This document shows positions 37,483 to 47,150 of a stretch of 64,000 nt of DNA, piece by piece (the first letter of the stretch is position 1; the number at the start of each line of letters is the position of its first letter). Below the pieces are notes generated by a model. It saw nothing but the letters and a program-made list of their open reading frames with translations. It did no database searches and was not told the origin of the DNA. This stretch comes from Candidatus Binatia bacterium (GTDB lineage: Bacteria; Desulfobacterota; Binatia; UBA9968; JAJDTQ01). The position numbers and the translations under genes are program-made. The stretch covers positions 2,176,001 to 2,240,000 of the forward strand of contig OY762897.2 in NCBI GenBank assembly GCA_963666515.2. Direction: 5' to 3'.

Positions 37483-38943
37483 CTACGCCCCGCCCTTCTG
37501 CAGCGACAGCGACAGGCCCGGCCGGCGCACGTGGATGCCGGCGTAGCGGCTGCGGCCGGTGAGGCGCTCCATCAGCGCGACCATGGGCAGCCTGGCGCTC
37601 AGGTACTCCCGGGGCGGGCCGGCGGCGCGCATGGCGGCGATCTCTTCCTCGCTCAGCATCCACCGGAGCAGCAGCTCCTCGTCGGTGACGCCCGGGCCGC
37701 CAAGCTTGCGCCGCACCTCCTCGATGGTCAGATCCGGCGGCTCCCACCGGGCCATCTCCTTGCCGCGCGGCCGGTCGAGGATCTTGTGCTTCACGTCCGG
37801 GTCCATGGTCTCGGCCCCTTCGCGGCCCCACAACCCCAGCGCGTACTGGATGACCTGGTCGGTGACCTCCTCGTAGCGGGCGCCGACGATGACGTTGATG
37901 GCGGCCTGGCTGCCGACGAACTGCGACAGCGGCGTCACCATGATGGGATAGCCCAGGTCCGCGCGCACCCGCACCACCTCTTCCAGGGCCTCCTCCGCCT
38001 TGTGCTCCAGACCCACCTTGGCGAGCTGGTGGCGCAGGTTCGAGATCATGCCGCCGGGCACCTGGTGCTGGTACTGGGCGTAGTCGTATTCCACCGGGGC
38101 ACCGATGGGAAAGCCTTCCCGCCGGGCCACCGCGGTGAAGAACTCCGACACTTCCTCAAGAGCGTCCGTGTCCACGGCGCACGGGTAGCCCAGGGCCCGG
38201 AGGTTGGCGGCGACGCTGAAGACGGACGGGTTGGAGGAGGCATTGGCCAGCGGCGGCACCGCGGTGTTCACGGTACGGATGCCGAGCTTCACCGCTTCCA
38301 GACAGCACAAGGGACCCAGCCCGGTGGTGCAGTGGGTGTGCAGCTCCACCGGGATGCCGCCGGCGTTCTCGAAGATCATCGGCACCAGGGTGCGGGTGCG
38401 CTCGGGGGTCAGCAGGCCGCCGGGGTCCTTGAGGCAGAGGAACGGCACCCCCAGCGACGCGGCCTCGCGGGTCTTCCGCGCGTAGTAGTCGTCGGTGTGC
38501 TTCGGCGACACCGAGTAGATGAGGTTCACGATGGGCTGGAGGCCGTTCTTGCGGGCGATGGCGACCTTGCGCTGCCAGCCCTCCAGCTCGTTCCACTCCT
38601 CGGAGATGCGCGCCTGCCGGATGCCGTTGGCCGCCATCCGCTCGATGAACAGCTCGTACACCGACACCGGCGTGATCTCGAAGGCGTTGACCCGGCCGGC
38701 CATGAGCCGCAGCGGCGTGCGGGTGACGCGCTCCGCCACCATCCGCACCCGGTCCCAGGGGTCCTCCTTCAGCTCACGCACGCACTTCTTGAGGTGGGAG
38801 GCGGACATCAGCTCGATGGCGTCGAACCCGGCCTCGTCCATGGTCCTGGCCACCGGCAGCATCATGCCGGTGGTCATGCGCTCGGCCCACAGGCTCTGGT
38901 GGCCGTCGCGCAACGTCGTGTCTACGAATCGGATCTCGTCCAT
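37483..38943 (-). CDS. Pyruvate/oxaloacetate carboxyltransferase domain protein (no biotin carrier domain)
   Basis: DTTLRDGHQSL, LKDPGG, LHTH, HQVPGGMISN, VTPLSQFVG motifs. Confidence 0.88.
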   Translation of the reverse strand: MDEIRFVDTTLRDGHQSLWAERMTTGMMLPVARTMDEAGFDAIELMSASHLKKCVRELKEDPWDRVRMVAERVTRTPLRLMAGRVNAFEITPVSVYELFIERMAANGIRQARISEEWNELEGWQRKVAIARKNGLQPIVNLIYSVSPKHTDDYYARKTREAASLGVPFLCLKDPGGLLTPERTRTLVPMIFENAGGIPVELHTHCTTGLGPLCCLEAVKLGIRTVNTAVPPLANASSNPSVFSVAANLRALGYPCAVDTDALEEVSEFFTAVARREGFPIGAPVEYDYAQYQHQVPGGMISNLRHQLAKVGLEHKAEEALEEVVRVRADLGYPIMVTPLSQFVGSQAAINVIVGARYEEVTDQVIQYALGLWGREGAETMDPDVKHKILDRPRGKEMARWEPPDLTIEEVRRKLGGPGVTDEELLLRWMLSEEEIAAMRAAGPPREYLSARLPMVALMERLTGRSRYAGIHVRRPGLSLSLQKGGA

Positions 38944-38947
38944 GTCG

Positions 38948-40117
38948 CTAATCCAGGATGCGGGGGCCGAACAGCGTCACCGCGTTGTCCCACAGGATCT
39001 TGGCCTTGGCCTCTTCCGGGATGGGCTGGGCGTCGAAGTCCGGCAGGGCCTTCTCCGGCCGCGGCGCGTCCGGGTGCGGATAGTCGGTGTTCCAGGCGAT
39101 GTTGTCGCCGCCCAGGTGGTCCACCGCGTAGGACAGCGCGCTCTCGTCGCTGTCGCAGGTCACCGTGATCTGGCGCTTGAAGTACTCGCTGGGGAGCATG
39201 GGCAGGCGCTCCACCGCGTTGCCCATGACGCTGTTGCGGCCGTGGGTGTGCTCGTCCATCCGGCCGAGCCAGAATGGCACCCAGCCGACGTTGGACTCCA
39301 GGATGCCCAGCCGCAGCCTGGGGAAACGGTCCAGGATGCCGGTGAAGATGAAATGACCCATGGTGGCCATGTTGTCGCACGGGAAGCCCAGCGCGTGGTC
39401 GAGGCCGCGCAGGGCGAGCTGCTGCATGTCGCGGTCGTCCACGTTGCCGCGGTTGCCGCCGGCGAAGGGGTGGAAGCGGCGCTGGCGGTACTCGCCGTGC
39501 ACGGAGATGGGGAAATCAAGCTCGCAGGCCAGCGCCCACAGCGCGTCGTACTCGGGCTCGTGCAGCCAGCGGTCCTCGGGCAGGAAGGGGTTGCGCACCG
39601 ACACCGCTCCCAGCTCCTCCACCGCGCGCCGGGCCTCCACCAGCATGGCGTCCGTATCCGATCCCGGCAGCACCGCCACGAACTTGAGCCGCTTGGGGTC
39701 GGCGTCGCAGTAGTCCCGGCACCAGTTGTTGTAGGCCCGGCACATGGCCGCACCCAGTTCGGCGTCCTTGAGCGCCACCCGGTAGGCGAAGTTGCCGTTG
39801 TTGCCCGTGGGCAGCAGCACTTGCACGTCCCAACCGTGGGCGTCCATGTCCTTGAGGCGGGTCTCCGCGGACCACCACGTGCGGTATTGCTCCCCGTACC
39901 TGGCTTCCATGTCCGCCCACGCGGTGCGCGGCAGCTTGGGCTGCTTCTCGGTCTTGGGGATGATGCGCCCGTCCGGCTCGTAGACCATGAAGGCGCCGTC
40001 CATGAACGCCACCTTGGGCACCTGGTCGCGGTAGGCGGGCTCGACGTAACGCTCCCACAGGTACTGCGGCTCGTGCATGTGCGCGTCCGCGTCGATGACC
40101 TTGAATCCCTTCCACAT
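38948..40117 (-). CDS. Amidohydrolase family protein (Amidohydro_2)
   Basis: IDADAHMHE, LESNVGW, TDYPHPD motifs. Confidence 0.88.
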   Translation of the reverse strand: MWKGFKVIDADAHMHEPQYLWERYVEPAYRDQVPKVAFMDGAFMVYEPDGRIIPKTEKQPKLPRTAWADMEARYGEQYRTWWSAETRLKDMDAHGWDVQVLLPTGNNGNFAYRVALKDAELGAAMCRAYNNWCRDYCDADPKRLKFVAVLPGSDTDAMLVEARRAVEELGAVSVRNPFLPEDRWLHEPEYDALWALACELDFPISVHGEYRQRRFHPFAGGNRGNVDDRDMQQLALRGLDHALGFPCDNMATMGHFIFTGILDRFPRLRLGILESNVGWVPFWLGRMDEHTHGRNSVMGNAVERLPMLPSEYFKRQITVTCDSDESALSYAVDHLGGDNIAWNTDYPHPDAPRPEKALPDFDAQPIPEEAKAKILWDNAVTLFGPRILD

Positions 40118-40275
40118 GACGGCGCTCCTTTCATGTGCGGCCCTGGAGGCCGCCCCGCTACACGCCTGCTACTATTCCCTGTTTCGCGTTTCGCTTCAAC
40201 CGGACGCTACGGGCGCTTGACGGCGCGGCAACGATTCCTTTAAGGGAAACTTGATCGATAGGAACGGGTGCAGGA

Positions 40276-40944
40276 ATGACGACTCAAGCTTTCGTATCCT
40301 CGGTGGTGGAGGAGATCATCCGTCCCGGCGTCGAGCGGCTGCTGGCGGGGCGGTACTTTACCGACCTGCGGAACGGCACCCTTTCGACGCGCAGGCTCCA
40401 GGGGTTCGCGGTGCAGCACTACCTCCTGAACGTCGCCATCAACAAGGGGTTCGTGCTGTGCATGGCGAAGAACGCTCACAACCAGGAACTCTACGACCTG
40501 TTCCTCCACGCCTTCACCGAGGAACAGACGCACCCGGACCTCATGAAGCGCTTCGGCCTCGCCATCGGCCTCACCGACGAGGACTTCGACGAGGCCCTGC
40601 CCATCTTCGAATGCCAGGCCCACGCCGCCGCCATCCTCAGGGGCATGTTCCTGGGCTCGCCCGCGGAAAGCCGCACCAGCGCGCTGGTGAACGAGAGCAT
40701 GGTGGGCCGTTACGCGGCCGAGTTCGACGCCTGCCTGGCCGAAGGATACGGAATCGGCGACCACGACCGGGAATTCTTCACGGTGCACGCGGTGGCCGAC
40801 CAGGAGCACGCCGCGCTGGCGGCGCAGGTGGTCGAACGGTACTGCACCACCGAACGGGACCGCCGCGTCGTCGAGCACGCCGCCCGCAACATGGTGCGCT
40901 TCAAGCTGGCCAAGTTCGACGGGATCTACGACGCCTACGCCTGA
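40276..40944 (+). CDS. Heme-oxygenase-like (TenA/PqqC/CADD) iron-binding redox protein
   Basis: EEQTH and FFTVHAVADQEH putative metal ligands; all-helical character. Confidence 0.7.
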   Translation: MTTQAFVSSVVEEIIRPGVERLLAGRYFTDLRNGTLSTRRLQGFAVQHYLLNVAINKGFVLCMAKNAHNQELYDLFLHAFTEEQTHPDLMKRFGLAIGLTDEDFDEALPIFECQAHAAAILRGMFLGSPAESRTSALVNESMVGRYAAEFDACLAEGYGIGDHDREFFTVHAVADQEHAALAAQVVERYCTTERDRRVVEHAARNMVRFKLAKFDGIYDAYA

Positions 40945-40953
40945 AGGCCGTGC

Positions 40954-40981
40954 TTGACCGCGGTCGGAGGGGCTCTATAAT
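40954..40981 (+). promoter_or_regulatory. Sigma70-like promoter
   Basis: TTGACC, 16 nt, TATAAT upstream of ATG 41003. Confidence 0.6.
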
Positions 40982-41002
40982 CAGGGAACAAGGGGGTTCC
41001 GC

Positions 41003-41692
41003 ATGGAAGACAAAACCGAATCCGTCTCGTTGCCCGAAGTCCTTTCCATCTTCCCGCTCACGGGAGTGCTGCTGCTGCCCGGCACCCGGCTGCCGCTGCA
41101 CATCTTCGAGCCCCGCTACCGCAACCTGGTGCACGACGCGCTCGACGCGGAGGGCGTCTTCGGCATGATCCAGCCCTTCATCCCCCAGAACGACAACCTG
41201 CCCCAGCCGGGCGCCGAGCGCACCGTGCCGGAACTGTACGGGGTGGGCTGCGCCGGACACATCGAACGATGGGAAAAGGCCCCGGACGGCCGCTACATGG
41301 TGCAGCTTCGAGGCATCAGCCGGTTCCGCATCCAGGAAGAACTCTCCCTGGAACGGGGCTACCGGCGGGTGCGGCCCGACTACGCGTGCTTCGACGATCT
41401 GGAGGAAACGGACCCTGCGGCCGTGGACCGTCCGCGCCTCACCCAGGCGCTCAACCGCTACGCCGAGACGCGCGGCCTGACCATCGACCTGAAGCAGCTC
41501 GACCCCATCCCCGATACCGACCTCGTCAACTTCCTGGGCGTGGCGATGCCCTTCCACCCGTCGGAAAAGCAGGCGTTGCTGGAAGCCGAATCCGTCGGGG
41601 AACGGGAGAGGGTTCTCGTCAGCCTGCTGGAGTTCGGCGGCGACACGACGGCGCCCCCCTCGGACTCGTCGGGTTCGCGCACCCTCAACTGA
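41003..41692 (+). CDS. LON peptidase substrate-binding domain protein
   Basis: IFPLTGVLLLPG..LPLHIFEPRY, DGRY, EKQALLE motifs. Confidence 0.9.
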   Translation: MEDKTESVSLPEVLSIFPLTGVLLLPGTRLPLHIFEPRYRNLVHDALDAEGVFGMIQPFIPQNDNLPQPGAERTVPELYGVGCAGHIERWEKAPDGRYMVQLRGISRFRIQEELSLERGYRRVRPDYACFDDLEETDPAAVDRPRLTQALNRYAETRGLTIDLKQLDPIPDTDLVNFLGVAMPFHPSEKQALLEAESVGERERVLVSLLEFGGDTTAPPSDSSGSRTLN

Positions 41693-41739
41693 GCCGCCGC
41701 GCCCAGGCCGCGCGGTCGTCACCACTACCTTCTGTCCTG

Positions 41740-41767
41740 CTGGATTCCGGCTTTCGCCGGAATGACG
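41740..41767. repeat. REP-like palindromic repeat
   Basis: Same core as 3210-3238, between convergent genes. Confidence 0.9.
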
Positions 41768-41820
41768 ATAGAGGTGTCGGCGCTATTCCGGGTGGAGGGG
41801 CCACCTTCGGAACGAGGCGG

Positions 41821-43164
41821 CTATCGGGGCATGCAGCAGCGCTTGTACTTTCGGCCGCTGCCGCAGGGACAGGGCTGGTTGCGGCCCACTTCCGGCCGGT
41901 CGGCGGCGTCCGCCTCGCGCACCAGCCGCATGACCTTCTCGATGGGCTCGCCGGCCTGCCACAGGCCGGCCATGGTGCTCAGGTGCTCGCGGCTGTGGAT
42001 GAAGAACTTCTTGTATCCGGCGCAGAGGTAGTTGAGCCCGTCCTCGCCGTCCGGGGTCTTGATGAAGCGGTCCTTGGGGCAGCCGCCGTTGCACTGGGCG
42101 CGCACCTCGCACTCGCGGCAGTAGCGCGGCAGCGTGGTCCACTTGTCGCGGCCGAACTTCCGCTGGGCGTCGCTGTCGATCATGCGCGCCAGGGAAGTGT
42201 CGCGGAAGTTGCCGAGGCGGTACTCCGGGTCCACGTAGTGGTCGCAGGAGTAGAAGTCGCCGTTGTGCTCCACCACCGGCACGTCGCCGCAGGTCTCCCG
42301 GAAGATGCACAGGGCGTGCTCGATGCCCAGGCCGGTGCGGGCCGCCTCGTCGAAGATCTGGATGGTGACCCGGCCCACGTCGTTGCGGATCCACTCGTCG
42401 AAGATGGCGCACAGGAAGGCGCCGAAGGCCTCCGCGGGCACGCTGCGGGGGCTTACCGCCGGCGCCGATGACCGCGCCGCGGTGACCGCGGCAGGCGCGC
42501 TGGCGGGGCTCGCCGCAGCAACGCCGGGCAACCGCTCCACCAGCGGGATGAACTGCTGGTGGTCGGCGCCGAGGCTCTTGAAGTAGCGGTAGACCGTGGT
42601 GGGGTGGCCGACGTTGCCGGCGTGCACCACGCACAGCACGTCGCAGGGCACCTTGTGGGCCTTGAGCCGCCTGAACGCCTGCACCACCTTGCGGTGGGTG
42701 GGCTGCTGCCCCTTGGTGACGCGGTACTCGTCGTGGAGCTTCTCGGGACCGTCGATGCTGAGGCCGATGGAGAAGCCTTCCTCGGCGAAGAACCGGCACC
42801 ACTCGTCGTCGAGCAGCACGCCGTTGGTCTGCATGCCGTTGCGGACCTTGCGACCCGGCGGGCAGTGCTTGCGCTGGAGCGCGACCACCTCCCGGAAGTA
42901 GTCGAGGCCCAGGATGGTGGGCTCGCCGCCGTGCCAGGCGAAGTCGATGACGGGGTCCGGGCATGCCTGGATGTGCTGGGAGACGTAGTCCTCCAGCACG
43001 TCGCGTTCCATGCGGAAGGACTTCGTCTCGGGGTAGAGGTCTTCCTTCTGGAGGTAGTAGCAGTAGACGCAGTCCAGATTGCAGATGGCCCCGGTAGGCT
43101 TGGCCATGATCTGGAAGCCGCGGGAGGCGGGCGGCGAAACGGGCTTGATCAGTTCGGGTGGCAT
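41821..43164 (-). CDS. Anaerobic sulfatase maturase (radical SAM/SPASM) with C-terminal SEC-C motif
   Basis: CNLDCVYC, WHGGEP, YSCDH, C..C.....CNGGCPK, GRNQPCPCGSGRKYKRCC. Confidence 0.92.
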   Translation of the reverse strand: MPPELIKPVSPPASRGFQIMAKPTGAICNLDCVYCYYLQKEDLYPETKSFRMERDVLEDYVSQHIQACPDPVIDFAWHGGEPTILGLDYFREVVALQRKHCPPGRKVRNGMQTNGVLLDDEWCRFFAEEGFSIGLSIDGPEKLHDEYRVTKGQQPTHRKVVQAFRRLKAHKVPCDVLCVVHAGNVGHPTTVYRYFKSLGADHQQFIPLVERLPGVAAASPASAPAAVTAARSSAPAVSPRSVPAEAFGAFLCAIFDEWIRNDVGRVTIQIFDEAARTGLGIEHALCIFRETCGDVPVVEHNGDFYSCDHYVDPEYRLGNFRDTSLARMIDSDAQRKFGRDKWTTLPRYCRECEVRAQCNGGCPKDRFIKTPDGEDGLNYLCAGYKKFFIHSREHLSTMAGLWQAGEPIEKVMRLVREADAADRPEVGRNQPCPCGSGRKYKRCCMPR

Positions 43165-43181
43165 TCAGAATAGTGCCAAAG

Positions 43182-43285
43182 GTCCTTCGACTTCGCCTGT
43201 CCTGAGCCTGTCGAAGGGCTCAGGACGAACGGAAATGGTTACAACAACCGTTCGTCCTGAGCGTAGCGGAGCGAAGTCGAAGGAC
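43182..43285. repeat. Nested palindromic (MITE/REPIN-like) element
   Basis: Outer 15-bp IR GTCCTTCGACTTCGC/GCGAAGTCGAAGGAC and inner 15-bp IR GCTCAGGACGAACGG/CCGTTCGTCCTGAGC. Confidence 0.85.
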
Positions 43286-43293
43286 GCCGCCGC

Positions 43294-44154
43294 TTAGTTC
43301 ATGTTGAAGAACTTCCTGGCGTTGTCCAGCATGATCTTCTGGCGTACCTCGGGTTTAAGTTGGATCTTGGCGAAGTCGTCCAGCCAGCGCTCCACGCCGA
43401 TGGCCGGCCAGTCGGAGCCGAACATGGCCTTGTCCTGGAGGATCGAGTTCACCTGCTGCACGAGCTCGGCGGCGAAGTACTTGGGCGACCAGCCCGACAG
43501 GTCGATGTAGAAGTTGCTCTTGTGACGGGCGATGGCGAGGCTCTCCGCGGTCCACGGCCACGACGGGTGGGCGCAGATGATCTTCAGTTCGGGGAAATCC
43601 GCGGCCACGTCGTCCAGGTGGATGGGCTGGGTGAACTTGAGCTTGTTGCCCATGCCGCCGGGGGTGCCGGCGCCGGCGCCGGCCATGCCGCTGTGGAACA
43701 GGATCGGCAGCTCCAGCTTCTGGCATTCCTCCCACAGGGGATAGAAGCGGGTGTCGTTGGGAAAGAACTGCTGCCGGGCCGGGTTGATCTCGCCCACGCC
43801 GTGCAGCCCCATGTCCTTGATGCGCTGGATCTCCTGCAACGCCACCTTCTGCTGCCACGGGTCGATGACGCCGAAGCCCATGAAGACGTCGGAGTTGCGC
43901 TGGACGCCGTCGGCCACGTGCTGGTTGGGGACCGGGGTCAACCCCGTGATGGTTTCATCGGTGGTGTTCTGGATCACGGCCATCATGTTGCGCGCGCGGT
44001 ACTCGTCGGCCATCTCGTCGATGGACACGGGCTTGCGTTCCCGCTTGAAGTACTGGGCCATCTGCTTCGGGCGGTCGCCCTTGGAGCTGAGGGTCAGCTC
44101 GTCGCAAAGGTGTACGTGCACGTCAATCGCAATCGGGTCCGTAATCGGGTCCAT
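43294..44154 (-). CDS. Amidohydrolase family protein (Amidohydro_2)
   Basis: IDVHVH, LFHSG, AHPSWPW, FGSDWP motifs; AAGGAGG RBS before ATG 44154. Confidence 0.88.
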   Translation of the reverse strand: MDPITDPIAIDVHVHLCDELTLSSKGDRPKQMAQYFKRERKPVSIDEMADEYRARNMMAVIQNTTDETITGLTPVPNQHVADGVQRNSDVFMGFGVIDPWQQKVALQEIQRIKDMGLHGVGEINPARQQFFPNDTRFYPLWEECQKLELPILFHSGMAGAGAGTPGGMGNKLKFTQPIHLDDVAADFPELKIICAHPSWPWTAESLAIARHKSNFYIDLSGWSPKYFAAELVQQVNSILQDKAMFGSDWPAIGVERWLDDFAKIQLKPEVRQKIMLDNARKFFNMN

Positions 44155-44266
44155 ACTGTCGATCCTCCTTGGGGTTTGGTCGAATGTCGGCGGCAGCCTG
44201 CGGCTGCCCGAAAACTGCCTACTAGCTAACACGATACGTGCTGGCTGACCAGCGCAGGCGCCCGCC

Positions 44267-44752
44267 CTACGTCTCCCAGGGCGCCGAGGTCAGCGCGTTG
44301 AGGGCCTTGTCGAGCATCTGCCGCATGAACTCGGAATTGCTGCCCTCATTCAACTCGTAGCGGACGCCGGTGACGATGGTGACGCCCTGCTCCTGGTCCT
44401 CCAGGACCGTGTGAAGCTCCACCTGGAACAGCGCGAAGGGGGTGTCGTCGAGCCGCTCGCGCGTCCGCGTGGCGTTGCCCTTGAGGTAGTAGTTCAGGCC
44501 GTGGTCGGTGACCACCAGGGTCAGGGCGCCGGTGCGCACGAGGTTCCGTTCCGTGGTGCTGTTCTTGCCCACGGCCAGGTGGATGCGTCCCGGGCTCTTG
44601 GCCACCAGCTCGTAGTAGGATCCCATGGCCGGGTGGCACCAGCCGTTCTCGTCCACCGTGGCCATGATGAAGACCTTGCCGGCCTCGACGGCCTTGCCGC
44701 TCATCAGCGCGAACAGGTCGTCCGGCATCTCGCTTCCGAGTAGTCTCGACAC
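44267..44752 (-). CDS. Pyridoxamine 5'-phosphate oxidase-like FMN-binding split-barrel protein
   Basis: MATVDENGWCH...STTERNL..TG pattern; GTG start with AGGAGG RBS. Confidence 0.7.
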   Translation of the reverse strand: MSRLLGSEMPDDLFALMSGKAVEAGKVFIMATVDENGWCHPAMGSYYELVAKSPGRIHLAVGKNSTTERNLVRTGALTLVVTDHGLNYYLKGNATRTRERLDDTPFALFQVELHTVLEDQEQGVTIVTGVRYELNEGSNSEFMRQMLDKALNALTSAPWET

Positions 44753-44782
44753 GAAACGATCCTCCTGATCTTGTTGCAGGAC

Positions 44783-45262
44783 TCAGCGAGCGGCCGCACC
44801 CAAGTCGAGTTCCTGGCGCTTGCCGAACCCCTGCTGGTTGTCGATGTAGTACAGCGTTTCGGGAATCACCCGGTAGAACTTCACCTTGAGAAACGCCCGG
44901 TGGTAGACCCCGCTCGAAGGATCGGTAAACAGCTTGATGACGCCGGGGTACTTGCGCGCGTAGACCGCCATGGCCTTGGCCTTGGCGACCACCGAGTCGA
45001 CGAGTTCCACGGTCCCCTCTAGCTGGATGCCCTTGATCTCGCGCCAGTCCTTGTAGTCCTCCTGCACGGTCACCGCCACCCGAGAGTTGCCCGCCAGGTT
45101 GGTGCAGTGGCGCGAGTCCGGCGCGGAGAAGAAGTAGAGCTGCAACCCGTCGCTGGCGTAGAACACCGTGGCGTTCCATGGCACACCGTCCGCGCAGGTG
45201 CCCAGGGTCATGGTGTTGTGGGTCCGGAGGTAGTCGAGGACCTGTTCCTCAAGATCAGCCAA
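44783..45262 (-). CDS. Pyridoxamine 5'-phosphate oxidase-like protein (YhbP-like)
   Basis: TMTLGT..PWNATVFY..FFS..SRH..N..VAVTV..IKGIQLEG..DNQQGFGKR; TTG start 45262 with AGGAG RBS. Confidence 0.8.
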   Translation of the reverse strand: MADLEEQVLDYLRTHNTMTLGTCADGVPWNATVFYASDGLQLYFFSAPDSRHCTNLAGNSRVAVTVQEDYKDWREIKGIQLEGTVELVDSVVAKAKAMAVYARKYPGVIKLFTDPSSGVYHRAFLKVKFYRVIPETLYYIDNQQGFGKRQELDLGAAAR

Positions 45263-45267
45263 ACAAA

Positions 45268-45861
45268 CTACTCCTTGTCTCCGGGATAGCGGCTGAGGGA
45301 CTCCTCGTCCCAACGGTGGAACATGTCGGTCTCGATCTCGAACTGGTCCAGGATGCGGGCCACGGTCTGGTTGATGACGTCGTCCAGGGTCTTGGGACGG
45401 TGATAGAAGGCGGGCACGGGTGGAAAGATCACCGCGCCCATGCGGGTGAGCTGCGCCATGCTCTCCAGGTGGCCCAGGTGAAGGGGGGTCTCGCGGGCCA
45501 CCAGCACGAGCTTCTTCCGCTCCTTCAAGATCACGTCCGAGGCGCGCACCAGCAGGTCGCCTCCCACCGACAGCACGATGCCGCCCATGGACTTCATGGA
45601 GCACGGCGCGATGACCATACCGGCGGTGCGGAAGGAGCCGCTGGCGATGCTGGCGCCGATGTTGTTGATGTCGTGCACCACGTCCGCCAGCCCCTCCACT
45701 TCCTTCACCGAGTGCGGCGTCTCCACCTGGACCGTCATCTTGGCGGCCTTGCTCATGACCAGGTGGGTCTCGACGTCCTCGATCCGCGCCAGGACCTGCA
45801 GGATGCGGATCCCGTAGATGGATCCGGTGGCTCCCGACATGCCTACGATGAGACGGCGCAT
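45268..45861 (-). CDS. ubiX: Flavin prenyltransferase UbiX
   Basis: GMSGATG, IASGS, PCSMKS, LKERKKLVLVARETPL, PPVPAFY motifs. Confidence 0.93.
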   Translation of the reverse strand: MRRLIVGMSGATGSIYGIRILQVLARIEDVETHLVMSKAAKMTVQVETPHSVKEVEGLADVVHDINNIGASIASGSFRTAGMVIAPCSMKSMGGIVLSVGGDLLVRASDVILKERKKLVLVARETPLHLGHLESMAQLTRMGAVIFPPVPAFYHRPKTLDDVINQTVARILDQFEIETDMFHRWDEESLSRYPGDKE

Positions 45862-45954
45862 ACTGACTTACCTCCTGCAGCGACGCTGTTTCCGGTCATG
45901 GTCCTGCCGGGCGAGCCGCGTCCCGCGCGGCCCCGGCACTCTGTCCCGACGGGG

Positions 45955-46356
45955 CTAACCGTCGAATACCACGGTCAACTCGTCCCCGTCCCGCACCGCG
46001 TGGGTCTGCTTCAACGAAACCGCGGCGATGATCTCCAGCTTGTCCGCGGGGTATTCCTCCACCTCGGGCACCACCACCGCCACCCGCTCCCGCGCTCCCG
46101 CGCCGGACTCCCATCCTTGAACGAAGCCCGTCAGCAGGAAGGCGTTGCAGAAAGCCGGATCCGGCGACGGCAGGACGATCTTGCCGGCGTGTCGCCGGAC
46201 CTGCTCCCACCGGGTCAGGTCGGCGCCGTTCGCCCGAAGGTTCAGTGTGCCGGGATAGGGATCGAAGCCCACACGCTCTCTGACGGCCTCCCGCACCCAG
46301 TCGATGCCCACGAACGCTCCGGCCCGGCCCAGGTCCGAGAACACCACCCCTTTCAC
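45955..46356 (-). CDS. CTP-dependent riboflavin kinase (archaeal-type, DUF120)
   Basis: GVVFSDLG, GFDPYPGTLNL, LEIIA..L...DGD motifs; GTG start at 46356. Confidence 0.8.
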   Translation of the reverse strand: MKGVVFSDLGRAGAFVGIDWVREAVRERVGFDPYPGTLNLRANGADLTRWEQVRRHAGKIVLPSPDPAFCNAFLLTGFVQGWESGAGARERVAVVVPEVEEYPADKLEIIAAVSLKQTHAVRDGDELTVVFDG

Positions 46357-46376
46357 CTGACTGCCGCGGGAACCGC

Positions 46377-47150
46377 TCACCGCTTTTGGGAAAGCGACTG
46401 CGCCTTGCCGCCGCGCCGGACCTTGATGATCTCGCCCAGGATGCCCAGCGCGATCTCCTCCGGGGTCTCGGTGGCGATGTCGAGCCCTATGGGAGCGTAC
46501 ACCCGTGAGATCAACTCCTCGGAGACGTGCTCCTCTTCCTTGAAGCGCTCGAAGCACGCCTTGATGCGCCGCTTGCTGCCGATCATGCCGATGTACTTGG
46601 CCGGCCGGTCCAGCAGCTCGCGCAGGCACGGCTCGTCGTACTTGTGGCCGCGGGTGATGAGCACCACGTAGGTGGTCGGCGTGATGTCCAACGCCTTCAC
46701 GGTCTCGGCCATGTCCCCCACCACTACCTCGTCGGCATCGGGGAACCGCTCGCGGTTGGCGAACAGGATGCGGTCGTCGATGACCACCACGTGGTAGTCC
46801 ATGAGCTTGGCGATCCTGACCAGCGGCACGGCGATGTGCCCGGCGCCGACCACGATGAGCTTGGGCGGCGACGGCATGGCCTCGAAGAAGACGTCCGCCT
46901 GCCCGCCGGAGGCTGTTTCCAGCGACACCAAGCGGGAGCGCTCTTCCGAGAGCCGCTCCGCGGCCTCGCTGAGGAGCGTCCGTTCGAGTTCCGGGTCGTT
47001 CACCTCGCCCAGGACGATGCGGCCGTCCCGGATGAGGCACTTGGCACCGCTGTCGAACCCATCGAGGCCCTCGGACTCCACCACGGTGACGAGCACCGCG
47101 CCCGCGCCCTCACTCTTGATCTTGATCAGCTCTTGAACCAGCGCGTCCAT
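46377..47150 (-). CDS. XdhC/CoxF family molybdenum-cofactor chaperone
   Basis: GAGHIA, TRGHKYD, YIGMIGSKRR, APIGLDI..TPEEIA motifs. Confidence 0.9.
   Translation of the reverse strand: MDALVQELIKIKSEGAGAVLVTVVESEGLDGFDSGAKCLIRDGRIVLGEVNDPELERTLLSEAAERLSEERSRLVSLETASGGQADVFFEAMPSPPKLIVVGAGHIAVPLVRIAKLMDYHVVVIDDRILFANRERFPDADEVVVGDMAETVKALDITPTTYVVLITRGHKYDEPCLRELLDRPAKYIGMIGSKRRIKACFERFKEEEHVSEELISRVYAPIGLDIATETPEEIALGILGEIIKVRRGGKAQSLSQKR

Noticed and set aside
42450-42530. Ala/Pro-rich insertion in the sulfatase maturase (and a similar one near 52705-52775)
   Set aside because: Low-complexity loop with no intein or repeat hallmarks.
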